Origin: Bacteroidia bacterium
GTDB lineage: Bacteria; Bacteroidota; Bacteroidia; NS11-12g; UBA9320
Direction of reading: 5' to 3'
Assembly: GCA_965216465.1 (NCBI GenBank)
Contig: CBDCFW010000006.1
Span: 1,152,001 to 1,216,000, forward strand
Length of the DNA: 64,000 nt
Under the pieces are notes generated by a model. The model searched no databases, was not told the origin of the DNA, and was given only the letters and a program-made list of their open reading frames with translations. How positions within the stretch are numbered: position 1 is the first letter of the stretch; every line of letters starts with the position of its first letter. The translations under genes and the position numbers were made by a program. This document shows, in pieces, positions 1-8,825 of the stretch.

Positions 1-1
1 T

Positions 2-1030
2 CGCATAGCTCGAGAGCACGTAACCATAAATGGAGTGCCAATATATGGTAAACAAGGCTTGGGAGGAATGAGCGAAACTATGGCCTCAACTCAAATTAAT
101 ATGCTGCACACCAAGCTAACTCCGGGCATGAACAAGGTTCAGATTTGGTGCTCAAATTCAAAAGGAATTCAGTCGAAACGCGAAACCCGCTACATCTTTT
201 TTGACACCGTTGATGTAAAACCCAATTTGTACATACTTGGACTTGGAGTTTCAGACTATGAGCAATCGGAATTTAATTTGAGATATGCCGACAAAGACAT
301 TCGCGATTTCGTGGGTTTTTACAGCAACTCAGATCAATACGGTGGCATATTCGTGGATACTCTACTCAATGAGAATGTGAATCAGCAAAACATTGAAGAT
401 GCTATAGAAAGACTAAGAAATGCTCGTGTCTTTGACCACGTGTTGATTTATATAGCAGGTCATGGAGTGTTAGATGAAGACTTGAATTACTTCTTGGCAA
501 CCCATGATATGGACTTCAGTAATCCAGGTGACAATGGTTTAGATTATGGTTGGTTTGAGGACCAAATCGCAGAATTAGATGCAAGAACGCGAACTGTCTT
601 TATCGATGCTTGTCATTCAGGCGAAGTGGATGCCGATGAAGTTGTTCGCACTGATAAATTGGCATCAGGAATCACAGCTTTAGAAAACCGAGGTGCGGAA
701 GTGGGATCTTCTGGATTTGAAGAAAACCACGTGTACAAAATGATGAACGTGTTGTTCTCTGATCTCCGAGATAATTCAGGTGCTACTATTATAGCAAGTG
801 CAGGCGGAAGTGAGTATGCCTACGAAGGCGAGGAGTGGAGTAATGGGGTGTTTACCTATGTTTTACTAAAGGCTCTGAAAGATGGAACTGCAGATTTGAA
901 TGAAGACGGTGAAGTACTTCTTTCCGAACTCAAAAAAGTAATCCAAAATGAAGTTGAAAAATTGACTGGAGGTGCTCAGGTTCCCACAACCCGATTTGAA
1001 AACGTGAGTCAAGATTATCGTTTTTGGTAG
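2..1030 (+). CDS. Caspase-like (peptidase C14) domain protein, 5'-truncated by window edge
   Basis: Frame open from base 2; catalytic His (YIAGHG) and Cys (FIDACHSG); typical 'NGVFTY.LL.AL' and 'G.Q.P' C-terminal motifs; EF-hand-like loop DLNEDGEVLLSE. Confidence 0.85.
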   Translation, partial: RIAREHVTINGVPIYGKQGLGGMSETMASTQINMLHTKLTPGMNKVQIWCSNSKGIQSKRETRYIFFDTVDVKPNLYILGLGVSDYEQSEFNLRYADKDIRDFVGFYSNSDQYGGIFVDTLLNENVNQQNIEDAIERLRNARVFDHVLIYIAGHGVLDEDLNYFLATHDMDFSNPGDNGLDYGWFEDQIAELDARTRTVFIDACHSGEVDADEVVRTDKLASGITALENRGAEVGSSGFEENHVYKMMNVLFSDLRDNSGATIIASAGGSEYAYEGEEWSNGVFTYVLLKALKDGTADLNEDGEVLLSELKKVIQNEVEKLTGGAQVPTTRFENVSQDYRFW

Positions 1031-1086
1031 TGATTAATAGTTCTATTGTGGACACGAATCACCAATTTCTAACGTTCTTTGTAAAG

Positions 1087-1848
1087 ATGATTAGAAGAGT
1101 ACTGCAATTTGGGGTTTTGTTATTATTCTCTGTTGGAATATCTCATGCTCAAACCACTCCATATTACACCATACAGCAATCCCAAGAAATTGACAATTAC
1201 GAGAACATTGTCTTAGGAATTGCAACCAAAGGATTCGAAAAAATAGGAGACTACCCATTCATTAATATTGATTCATCTGCACAATACTTGCAAAGACGAT
1301 CTCCAGATGGTAAAGTGCTTCAAGATTATCGTCTAGACAATTTGGATACTTCTAGACGCTACTTCAAGTTTGGATGGATTCAGTCACTGAGCATGTTCGC
1401 CCTCGATTCTTCAAACCTCTATGTTTATGGCACAGAAATGGGATATGGATTCTTTCCATACATGTTTATCACAACCGATGGAAGTAAATCTTGGCAACCT
1501 ATTCTATTCACGACCGATGATATGCGCATTGGTCGCATGGATTTAAGCATGGAAAAAGGCACAGTACACATGTACAGCGAGCAAGAAGGTATAATTATGC
1601 AAGTCGTACGCTTTAGAGATACCTACGAATTGGTTGTATTGCGTACTGAAGATGGTTGGAAGACCTACAAAGAAAGAAGACACGAAATTAAAGGTTTAGC
1701 TTTTTCTCGACTTCGAAAATTTACATACAATGTATATGCAGATGGGGTTATAGAAGTTACCAACGACCGTAATCCAATAAATTTGATTTTTCAGTCTACC
1801 GATCACGGCAAGAGCTTTAATCCGTTAATGGTGGAGACAGTAGAATAA
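1087..1848 (+). CDS. Secreted hypothetical protein with BNR/Asp-box-like repeats
   Basis: Signal peptide from ATG 1087; repeats TTDGSKSW, RTEDGWKTY, STDHGKSF. Confidence 0.55.
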   Translation: MIRRVLQFGVLLLFSVGISHAQTTPYYTIQQSQEIDNYENIVLGIATKGFEKIGDYPFINIDSSAQYLQRRSPDGKVLQDYRLDNLDTSRRYFKFGWIQSLSMFALDSSNLYVYGTEMGYGFFPYMFITTDGSKSWQPILFTTDDMRIGRMDLSMEKGTVHMYSEQEGIIMQVVRFRDTYELVVLRTEDGWKTYKERRHEIKGLAFSRLRKFTYNVYADGVIEVTNDRNPINLIFQSTDHGKSFNPLMVETVE

Positions 1849-1865
1849 GTTAATTGCAGTTATCC

Positions 1866-1873
1866 TATATTTG
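1866..1873 (+). promoter_or_regulatory. Bacteroidota housekeeping -7 promoter element (TATATTTG)
   Basis: Matches TAnnTTTG just upstream of ATG 1881. Similar matches at 2626, 12239, 19801, 22186, 27085, 31141, 38808, 43890, 54304, 59425. Confidence 0.6.
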
Positions 1874-1880
1874 AGCACCT

Positions 1881-2423
1881 ATGAAAATTAGTTATAAAAT
1901 TCTTAAAAGAGTTGGTCTCTTTCTAAGTGTCTTGGTTTTAGCAATTTCTGCTTCAAGTTGCAAGAAGGAATGTGATGTAGAGGTAATCGACAATCACAAT
2001 GGCACATTAGAACACCGGTGGAATTTGAAATCGGTAGATCAGGTGGATGGCGAGTATAGTCAAGATGGCGAAATTGTTGCCACCATGGTCATGCACGGTT
2101 CTGATGTTGATGGTTTTTATGATTTTGGACAAGACGGAGTGCTCAATACGTCCGTTCGCTATAAAAATGTAATGAAGGTGATTGACCTTCAGGGAGATAC
2201 TAATGTTATGGACACCATTAATTTGTTTCAAGAGTTTAGCGGAGAATACAGCTACAATCCTACCTCGAGATATATGTATGTTTATGACAGTACCTACCAA
2301 CAAGTATTGTCGTATCATGTCACCAAGCTAACCCAAAATCAGTTAATTATTGAACATCCCTTTGCTCAGAAGGCAGGGCCATATATTATTTCATCGACGC
2401 TTCGACTTAAACTTGAAAGATGA
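1881..2423 (+). CDS. Lipoprotein, lipocalin-like
   Basis: Lipobox ASSC followed by KKE; 'LEHRWNL' and 'VTKLTQNQLII' resemble Bacteroidota lipocalin-like domains. Confidence 0.55.
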   Translation: MKISYKILKRVGLFLSVLVLAISASSCKKECDVEVIDNHNGTLEHRWNLKSVDQVDGEYSQDGEIVATMVMHGSDVDGFYDFGQDGVLNTSVRYKNVMKVIDLQGDTNVMDTINLFQEFSGEYSYNPTSRYMYVYDSTYQQVLSYHVTKLTQNQLIIEHPFAQKAGPYIISSTLRLKLER

Positions 2424-2645
2424 TATTTTAGATTGACTAATATTAGCAGCACCGCTGATGTTCAAAATCTAACCATGCACAATATCTCACTGGTAATAAA
2501 CCTTAGGTAGCTAGGTGAGGCCTACAAGGGCCGAGATAATGTCAGGTTAGTGCAAAATAATTGACCTTGGGTGCATGATGCCGAGCCCTTCATCAACTTA
2601 TCGTTAGCAGAATGTTACGCTAAGTTATATTTGCCGCATTCTCTG

Positions 2646-3401
2646 ATGAAGAAGAATAGACTCAATTTAGGCATTTTTTGTTTAGCGATGGCAGGTTTCA
2701 TAATGCTGTTGAATGCATGCTCAACTGACCCAGTGCATGCCTTAGGCAATTCTCCATTCTATGATTCTGCGGATAAGAAATTATGGAAACATCGAGTGAA
2801 TTGTGTTTCAAATGCCGATAGTCTTTCTCAAGGCTTTCCAGGAGTTGAAATCGATATATACTACATTGATTCTACTTCATCTTTCATTGCAACCCATGGT
2901 GAGCCATGTGCTGGAGGTTCGTTGCAAGAGGTAATATCTTCCATTTCGGACTACAAAACGAAATATTTTTGGCTAGACTTCAAAAATTCTGAAGATTCAT
3001 TAACTGTAGTAAAAGCTATTCCGCTGTTGAACGAACTCTTCGATACACTTTCCATTTCTGCTCATTGTATAGTTGAATCTAAGAATCCAGCTTGTATTGA
3101 TTCACTTGAAAGCCATAACATGTTCAGCAGTTACTGGGTTCCTCATCACTACGATTTTGAACCGTGGTATTCTGACGATGACTTAAAACCACTTATATCA
3201 GAAGTTTTAGAACATCATAATCCAACTGTTCTTTCGGCCAATTACACCATGGCTCCCTTCCTGGCAAGTAAATTCTCAGATCAATTCCTTCATATCTGGA
3301 CCAACGGTCTAATATCAGAAAAGGACAAAGACATTATAAATGATTTGAAAAAATACCCCAATATAAAGGTCATTTTAGTTGATTACGATTCACCCTTTTA
3401 A
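2646..3401 (+). CDS. Lipoprotein with GDPD/PLC-like phosphodiesterase fold
   Basis: Lipobox LNAC; motifs KLWKHRVN, GVEIDI, ATHG, WLDFK, HIWT; start placed at 2646 after -7 element at 2626. Confidence 0.55.
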   Translation: MKKNRLNLGIFCLAMAGFIMLLNACSTDPVHALGNSPFYDSADKKLWKHRVNCVSNADSLSQGFPGVEIDIYYIDSTSSFIATHGEPCAGGSLQEVISSISDYKTKYFWLDFKNSEDSLTVVKAIPLLNELFDTLSISAHCIVESKNPACIDSLESHNMFSSYWVPHHYDFEPWYSDDDLKPLISEVLEHHNPTVLSANYTMAPFLASKFSDQFLHIWTNGLISEKDKDIINDLKKYPNIKVILVDYDSPF

Positions 3402-3412
3402 TTCTAAAAACT

Positions 3413-5416
3413 TTGAAAAAACACCTCTTTCATTCTATAATTCAAATTTTCTTACTCATCTTGATTTTTATTATCATTCGAGTTCTTGAATTTATTTGGA
3501 TTACAGCACAAGGTACAATGGATTTTTCGTGGGATTTCTTTTTCTCAATTTGTGTGAATTTTGATTCACTGTTTCTGTATTACTGGGGCACTATAGCTTT
3601 GATTTTAAGCACATTACTTGGATTTATTAATTGGAAGATAGGTCGAGCAGTAAGAGTCACTTTTGGAGTATTTATCGTTGTTATTCATCTAATTTTTACC
3701 AGCTATTTTTTGGTCACTCACAACGTACTAAATTCGACATTATTCGAATTTTCAATGACAGAAATTCTCGAAATATTACGCAATGAGATGTCATGGAAAA
3801 CGGGCTTGTTCCTAGTGCTGACCATAGCAATTACCTGGTTGTCGATTCGCTTAATGAACAAGAGAATTCCAAGGATGAAAATGGGTTCAAAAGGACAAAC
3901 TATCGTCTTAATTGTTTATTTATTGGCGGCTATTCCAATTGGTTTGAATTGGAATCACCTCACCAAACCGATCCAGTACTTTGATTCAAATTATGAGTTT
4001 TTAGTGGGGAATTCGAAAGAGATGCTGTTTGCCAGCAGCGTTTGGAACAGGCAAAAGGTGCCGGATTTTAACTTGTATGAAACAGTTGATCAAACGGTAA
4101 AGTATCACGACGATCGAGACTATTTTCACTTCACAAACGATCAAATGCCTTTGATTCATGATGAGGATTATGAAAATGTTTTGGGTCCTTATTTTGTTAA
4201 GGATTCAACCATAAAACCCAACATAGTTTTAATTGTATGTGAAAGTCTTTCTCGTTCATTTTCGGGGAAGAATACTATTACTCCCGGAAGTTTAACTCCT
4301 TTTGTAGATAGCCTGGCAGCCAAAGGTTTGAGTTGGAATAACTTCTTTTCAAATGCTGAACGTTCGTATGGAGCCATGCCCAATTTACTGTCGTCGTTGC
4401 CAAATGGTACCGGACGTAGAGGTTTTGTAAATATGGGTCTACCTTTAGCTTCAGGAAGATTGTATCCAGCACATCAAAGTATGCTTGAATTGTTAAAAGA
4501 GCATAAATACCAAAGCAGTTCGTACTACGGTGGCTGGGGATATTACGATAATATGGGGTACTACTTTGATTTTCATCATATCGACCATCTGGTAACCGAA
4601 GACAGTTTTGACAACAAGCTTTTCGACCGTAGAAGAGAGTCTTTTGCATGGGGGTATAACGACCAAGATCTGTTTACACAGGCACAAATGCTTAAGCATA
4701 ACAGAGAGAAGGTTAAACCCTTTATTGATGTTTATCAAACCTTAAGCGTGCATACCCCATTTACGTCAGCTCCAGGAAGTTATTATGAAGCTGAATATCA
4801 AAAGAAGAAGCTAGAGGAGCTGAAGATTGATAGAAAGAAAATTGGCTATCTGCCCAATTACATCTTGGCGAATATCTTTTTTGCAGATGATGCACTCAAA
4901 GAGTTTATCACCGATTTGAGCAAGGATCCAAACTATGACAATACCATCTTCATCATTACTGGCGATCATGCTATTGATTATCCAATAGGTAAAGGTCCGT
5001 TGAACAAATTTCATATCCCGCTAATCATATATTCTGAGCTTCTAACATCTGCTGAAACATTTGAGGGAATCAGCTCGCACATCGATCTTGCACCTTCCTT
5101 GCTCGCCTTGTTGTCTGAAAATTATGGAATGGAGTTTCCTAAAGAAAAACATTGGATAGGTAGGGGACTGGATGTAAGCAAATCGTTTAGAAACAGGCAA
5201 GTTATACCGATGTGTATTTACGACGATATATTGCCTCAATGCGTTATAGACAATTGCATAGTTTATAAGGACAGAATAGTTGAATTTGATTCAAAATTCA
5301 ATACCACTGAAATTGAAGATGAAGCAAGAATTCAGGAGTTGAGAGAAATGTTAGACAACTACATTTACATTAACCAGTATTCTTGTGTACAGGATAAGTT
5401 GTGGTATCAGTATTAG
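3413..5416 (+). CDS. LTA synthase/sulfatase-family membrane phosphotransferase
   Basis: About 5 N-terminal TM helices; PNIVLIVCES, SVHTPF, TIFIITGDH, HIPLIIY, SHIDLAPSLL motifs. Confidence 0.85.
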   Translation: MKKHLFHSIIQIFLLILIFIIIRVLEFIWITAQGTMDFSWDFFFSICVNFDSLFLYYWGTIALILSTLLGFINWKIGRAVRVTFGVFIVVIHLIFTSYFLVTHNVLNSTLFEFSMTEILEILRNEMSWKTGLFLVLTIAITWLSIRLMNKRIPRMKMGSKGQTIVLIVYLLAAIPIGLNWNHLTKPIQYFDSNYEFLVGNSKEMLFASSVWNRQKVPDFNLYETVDQTVKYHDDRDYFHFTNDQMPLIHDEDYENVLGPYFVKDSTIKPNIVLIVCESLSRSFSGKNTITPGSLTPFVDSLAAKGLSWNNFFSNAERSYGAMPNLLSSLPNGTGRRGFVNMGLPLASGRLYPAHQSMLELLKEHKYQSSSYYGGWGYYDNMGYYFDFHHIDHLVTEDSFDNKLFDRRRESFAWGYNDQDLFTQAQMLKHNREKVKPFIDVYQTLSVHTPFTSAPGSYYEAEYQKKKLEELKIDRKKIGYLPNYILANIFFADDALKEFITDLSKDPNYDNTIFIITGDHAIDYPIGKGPLNKFHIPLIIYSELLTSAETFEGISSHIDLAPSLLALLSENYGMEFPKEKHWIGRGLDVSKSFRNRQVIPMCIYDDILPQCVIDNCIVYKDRIVEFDSKFNTTEIEDEARIQELREMLDNYIYINQYSCVQDKLWYQY

Positions 5417-5461
5417 AGTTGGTTGATGAGGAGATAACGTCATTTTACATATATTAGCTTA

Positions 5462-7219
5462 GTGAAAAATCTACTTTTCTTTTTCTTGGTTTTAGTAACC
5501 TGTATTTCGGTTAGTTATCGAACAAATGCCGAAACCAAACAACCGCTCACCCAAGCTCAATGCAAGCAACTTATAGAAGAACGTGGTTATGATGCTTTAG
5601 GTGCTTTCGATACCATTTATCACCCCAATATTCTGCGTGCTGTTTATATCAAAAATGGAAAATTTGGTATGATCGATCAGTTTGGGAAAGAAATTACACC
5701 TCCTATTTATTCTGCCATTCCAAGTTTAAATACAGATTTACGAGACTATTCCACTGCCAAACACGATATTCTTATTGTGGTGACCGATGCCTACGGTTTA
5801 ATTGACTTGAACGGAAACATAGTTGTTGAACCTCAATACATCCATATTAGCCATCAATTGGAGTCTGTGCCCGAAGTTGACGGAGATGAAAGAAATCATT
5901 TATCAGTAATCAATGGCTACAAGGTGTTGCAAAAAGTGGTGGGCTTTGAAGCAGCAATCAGTTATGGTGAGTCTGTGTATTACGATGCACGCGGAAAAGT
6001 GATTGAACCTGATGCGGGTTCATCCAATAGCAAACCAAGACAGCAGTTAGAAATTGTTGAAGATGATTACGATGAAATCCATGAGTACATTTCTGACGTA
6101 AGAAAACCAGAAATGCTTCCTAATTATGGAAGAGAATGGACAAGTAGGAGAGGGAATATAGTAGGGTACAAAAATGATACTATAAAGAAGTGCGGTGTTA
6201 TGAATGTAGTTACTGGTGATACTGTAATTCCTTTCGAGTACGACGCCGTGTATATCAACTACCGCAAACAAATTGGACTAACCATTTGGGACAGCATCAG
6301 TAACAATAAAATTGTTAAGAAACGGCATGGATTAGCAGATCAAACCGGGAAAATGATTATCGAACCAATTTATGAAAGTGTTTTGCCATTTAATGATCTT
6401 ATTCAAGTGGTAAAGGATGAAAAAATGGCTCTATTTAGTCAGGATGGCAAGCAATTAAGCAAGTTCATTTACGGGCCAAAAATGGGAAGCGGAAATGGCG
6501 ATTTTATTGTCTTACAGAAAGGAGAAAACTGGGGATTGGTCAATATGGAAGGCAAAGAGCTAACTCGATTTGTCTACCAAAACTTCTACTTTCCGAATAG
6601 CCATGATTTGCCCTTCTCTGCGATTATTCCTTCCAAAGATGGAAAGAAAGCCATTTGGGATTATGAAATGAATAGGTACACCCCGTTTCATTATGGGGCG
6701 ATAATGGCAGAGTGCAATATTAAGAAAGGAGATTCTAGGCCATTTTTAGAAGGCGGAACTTATCATGCAAATCGACCAAATCGATTCTTTGTTGTTGGAA
6801 TGCCTACTGGTGAGTTGGATTGGCGAAAGCAACCTATTTTGAAATTCGGAATCATGGACACCAATTACAAGGAAATCGTTCCATGCACATACGACAGAAT
6901 TTTGAATGGCTATTACGACATATTAATTGTTCAAAATGAACGAAAGTATGCGTGTTTGAACTGGAGAACGAATGAACTTGTCACCGAATGGATTGACAAC
7001 CAGCCTGAAGAGAAGAATGGTAAATACCTCCTTTTTAAAAAAGAGGGCAAGTTTGGAATGATTAATCATGCAGGGGAAGTTGTTGTACCGTTTAAACATC
7101 CATACCGATTCTCAATCGAAACTACCTACCCAGGTTTGAAAAGGGTATACGACTATTCTGGAATGGAGTACTATTATGATGGGTACGGAAATGGGGTAGA
7201 AGTGAAGAAGCGGAGATAG
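5462..7219 (+). CDS. WG-repeat-containing secreted protein
   Basis: Signal peptide; repeated K(F/W)G(M/L)I(D/N)xxGxxxxPxxY units. Confidence 0.8.
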   Translation: MKNLLFFFLVLVTCISVSYRTNAETKQPLTQAQCKQLIEERGYDALGAFDTIYHPNILRAVYIKNGKFGMIDQFGKEITPPIYSAIPSLNTDLRDYSTAKHDILIVVTDAYGLIDLNGNIVVEPQYIHISHQLESVPEVDGDERNHLSVINGYKVLQKVVGFEAAISYGESVYYDARGKVIEPDAGSSNSKPRQQLEIVEDDYDEIHEYISDVRKPEMLPNYGREWTSRRGNIVGYKNDTIKKCGVMNVVTGDTVIPFEYDAVYINYRKQIGLTIWDSISNNKIVKKRHGLADQTGKMIIEPIYESVLPFNDLIQVVKDEKMALFSQDGKQLSKFIYGPKMGSGNGDFIVLQKGENWGLVNMEGKELTRFVYQNFYFPNSHDLPFSAIIPSKDGKKAIWDYEMNRYTPFHYGAIMAECNIKKGDSRPFLEGGTYHANRPNRFFVVGMPTGELDWRKQPILKFGIMDTNYKEIVPCTYDRILNGYYDILIVQNERKYACLNWRTNELVTEWIDNQPEEKNGKYLLFKKEGKFGMINHAGEVVVPFKHPYRFSIETTYPGLKRVYDYSGMEYYYDGYGNGVEVKKRR

Positions 7220-7253
7220 GATTGGGCTCAATTGCGGTCAGATTTTTCTCAAA

Positions 7254-7844
7254 TCACCGCATATAATTCTGATAATCTTCCAATGTATCAATATCTATCA
7301 GCTGATTTGGATCGTTTGGAGCAATGGAGACAAATTTTTCAGCTAGAATAATGTGTTTGGCCCCTTGATCTCCTTTCAATTCCTGGAGGGCTTGAAAGTG
7401 GCTTTTGCTGAATAGGGCCGGTGGACCAACACCTGATTTATTGTACTTTGTTGCAACGAGGATGTCATTCAATTCTTGATCGGCACTTCTAAGAATTCTT
7501 TCTAGGTGATGTGATGTAAGCATCGGCATGTCAGGTAGCATAACAATTATATGCTTAAGGTTATTAATTTCTCTAATCAAAGTTGAAGTCCCAAGAGCTA
7601 TTGAAGACCCAATGCCTTCAACCCAATTATTGTTTAATACTACGCTAACTTTTGATGTGTCTATTGATTTAACGATCGATTCATAATCTGAACCTAGCAC
7701 AACACAAACAGCAGGAGTTATACTCAATGCCTTTTCAATACAAAGATTTAGCAATGTTTTATTGTTCCACAGTAGTAATTGCTTAGGTTGGCCCATTCTT
7801 TTCGAGCATCCTGCGGCGGGAATAATTATACCAAGCTCATTCAT
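7254..7844 (-). CDS. Molybdenum cofactor cytidylyltransferase-like nucleotidyltransferase (MocA family)
   Basis: AAGCSKRMGQPKQLL, DMP, GDQGAK, DIDT motifs; last gene of xdh-type operon. Confidence 0.85.
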   Translation of the reverse strand: MNELGIIIPAAGCSKRMGQPKQLLLWNNKTLLNLCIEKALSITPAVCVVLGSDYESIVKSIDTSKVSVVLNNNWVEGIGSSIALGTSTLIREINNLKHIIVMLPDMPMLTSHHLERILRSADQELNDILVATKYNKSGVGPPALFSKSHFQALQELKGDQGAKHIILAEKFVSIAPNDPNQLIDIDTLEDYQNYMR

Positions 7845-8825
7845 TTAGAATACCTTTTGATTTATTATGCTCTCATTTTTTTTGGTAACGGCAATAATCT
7901 CAGCAAGAATAGAAATTGCAATTTCAGCAGGTGTTTCTGCATTGATATTCAGTCCTACCGGGCCATGAAGGAATTCGAAATTGTTAGCTGAGTTAGTTGT
8001 ATTTAGACTTTCTTTCAGCTCATTGGTTCTCTTTTTAGGTCCGAGCACTCCGACGTACATTAACTTCTTGTTCGCAATGAATTGAAGACAATTTTTATCC
8101 AATTCAAAGTTGTGGTTCATAATAACTGCACCGGTATTGGAAAAATTGGTGTCATCCTTAGCTTGAAGAGAATCAAAGGATTGTAATTTTGCATCAACTC
8201 TCTTGATTTGAGAAACATCTTTTGAGTTTATAAGAACAACATCCCAACCTAGATTTTGAGCGACTTGATACAAAACAAACGCGTCTTTCTCGGTGCCAAA
8301 AATTAAAAGTTTGAATTGAGGTTCAATTGTTTGATCGAAGCAATAATCATAACTAGAAATCTCCTTGATATCTTGTGACAATGGAATAACTTGTCCTTGT
8401 ATCTCTACTGTGCTTCCAGAATTCAAATTTTGCTTATTCAGGCCATTATAAGCCGACCTTATTTGAATGGTTGAACGATTTACTAATCCTGCTTTAAAAA
8501 GTTCAATTTCCTTCAATGTTAAATCTATGGGCTCTAATAAAATAGTGAGCAAACCACCGCATCCTATTCCATTTTTGCCATCAAATTGAAAGACTTTTGC
8601 TTGACCTGTTTTGAACACGGTTTCTGCTTGATTGGCGACGTAGCCTTCAAGGCATCCAGCACTCAATGAACCAACATAGCTATTATCTTCCTTGATTAAT
8701 AATCGTACTCCAGGTTTTCTGTACGAAGAACCTTCCAGATCTACCAAACTTGCCAAAACACATGAACCTCCTTTCTGTGTTTCGACGTATAATTCTTCAA
8801 CTATTTCAATCCACTCATTTGTCAT
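7845..8825 (-). CDS. xdhC: XdhC/CoxI family Moco-insertion chaperone
   Basis: EGSSYRKPG, GSLSAGCLE, GCGG, GPVGLNINAETPAEIAISILAEI. Confidence 0.9.
   Translation of the reverse strand: MTNEWIEIVEELYVETQKGGSCVLASLVDLEGSSYRKPGVRLLIKEDNSYVGSLSAGCLEGYVANQAETVFKTGQAKVFQFDGKNGIGCGGLLTILLEPIDLTLKEIELFKAGLVNRSTIQIRSAYNGLNKQNLNSGSTVEIQGQVIPLSQDIKEISSYDYCFDQTIEPQFKLLIFGTEKDAFVLYQVAQNLGWDVVLINSKDVSQIKRVDAKLQSFDSLQAKDDTNFSNTGAVIMNHNFELDKNCLQFIANKKLMYVGVLGPKKRTNELKESLNTTNSANNFEFLHGPVGLNINAETPAEIAISILAEIIAVTKKNESIINQKVF

Noticed and set aside
2455-2470. CTGATG as a hammerhead ribozyme core
   Set aside because: Lacks CUGANGA and a properly placed GAAA with flanking stems
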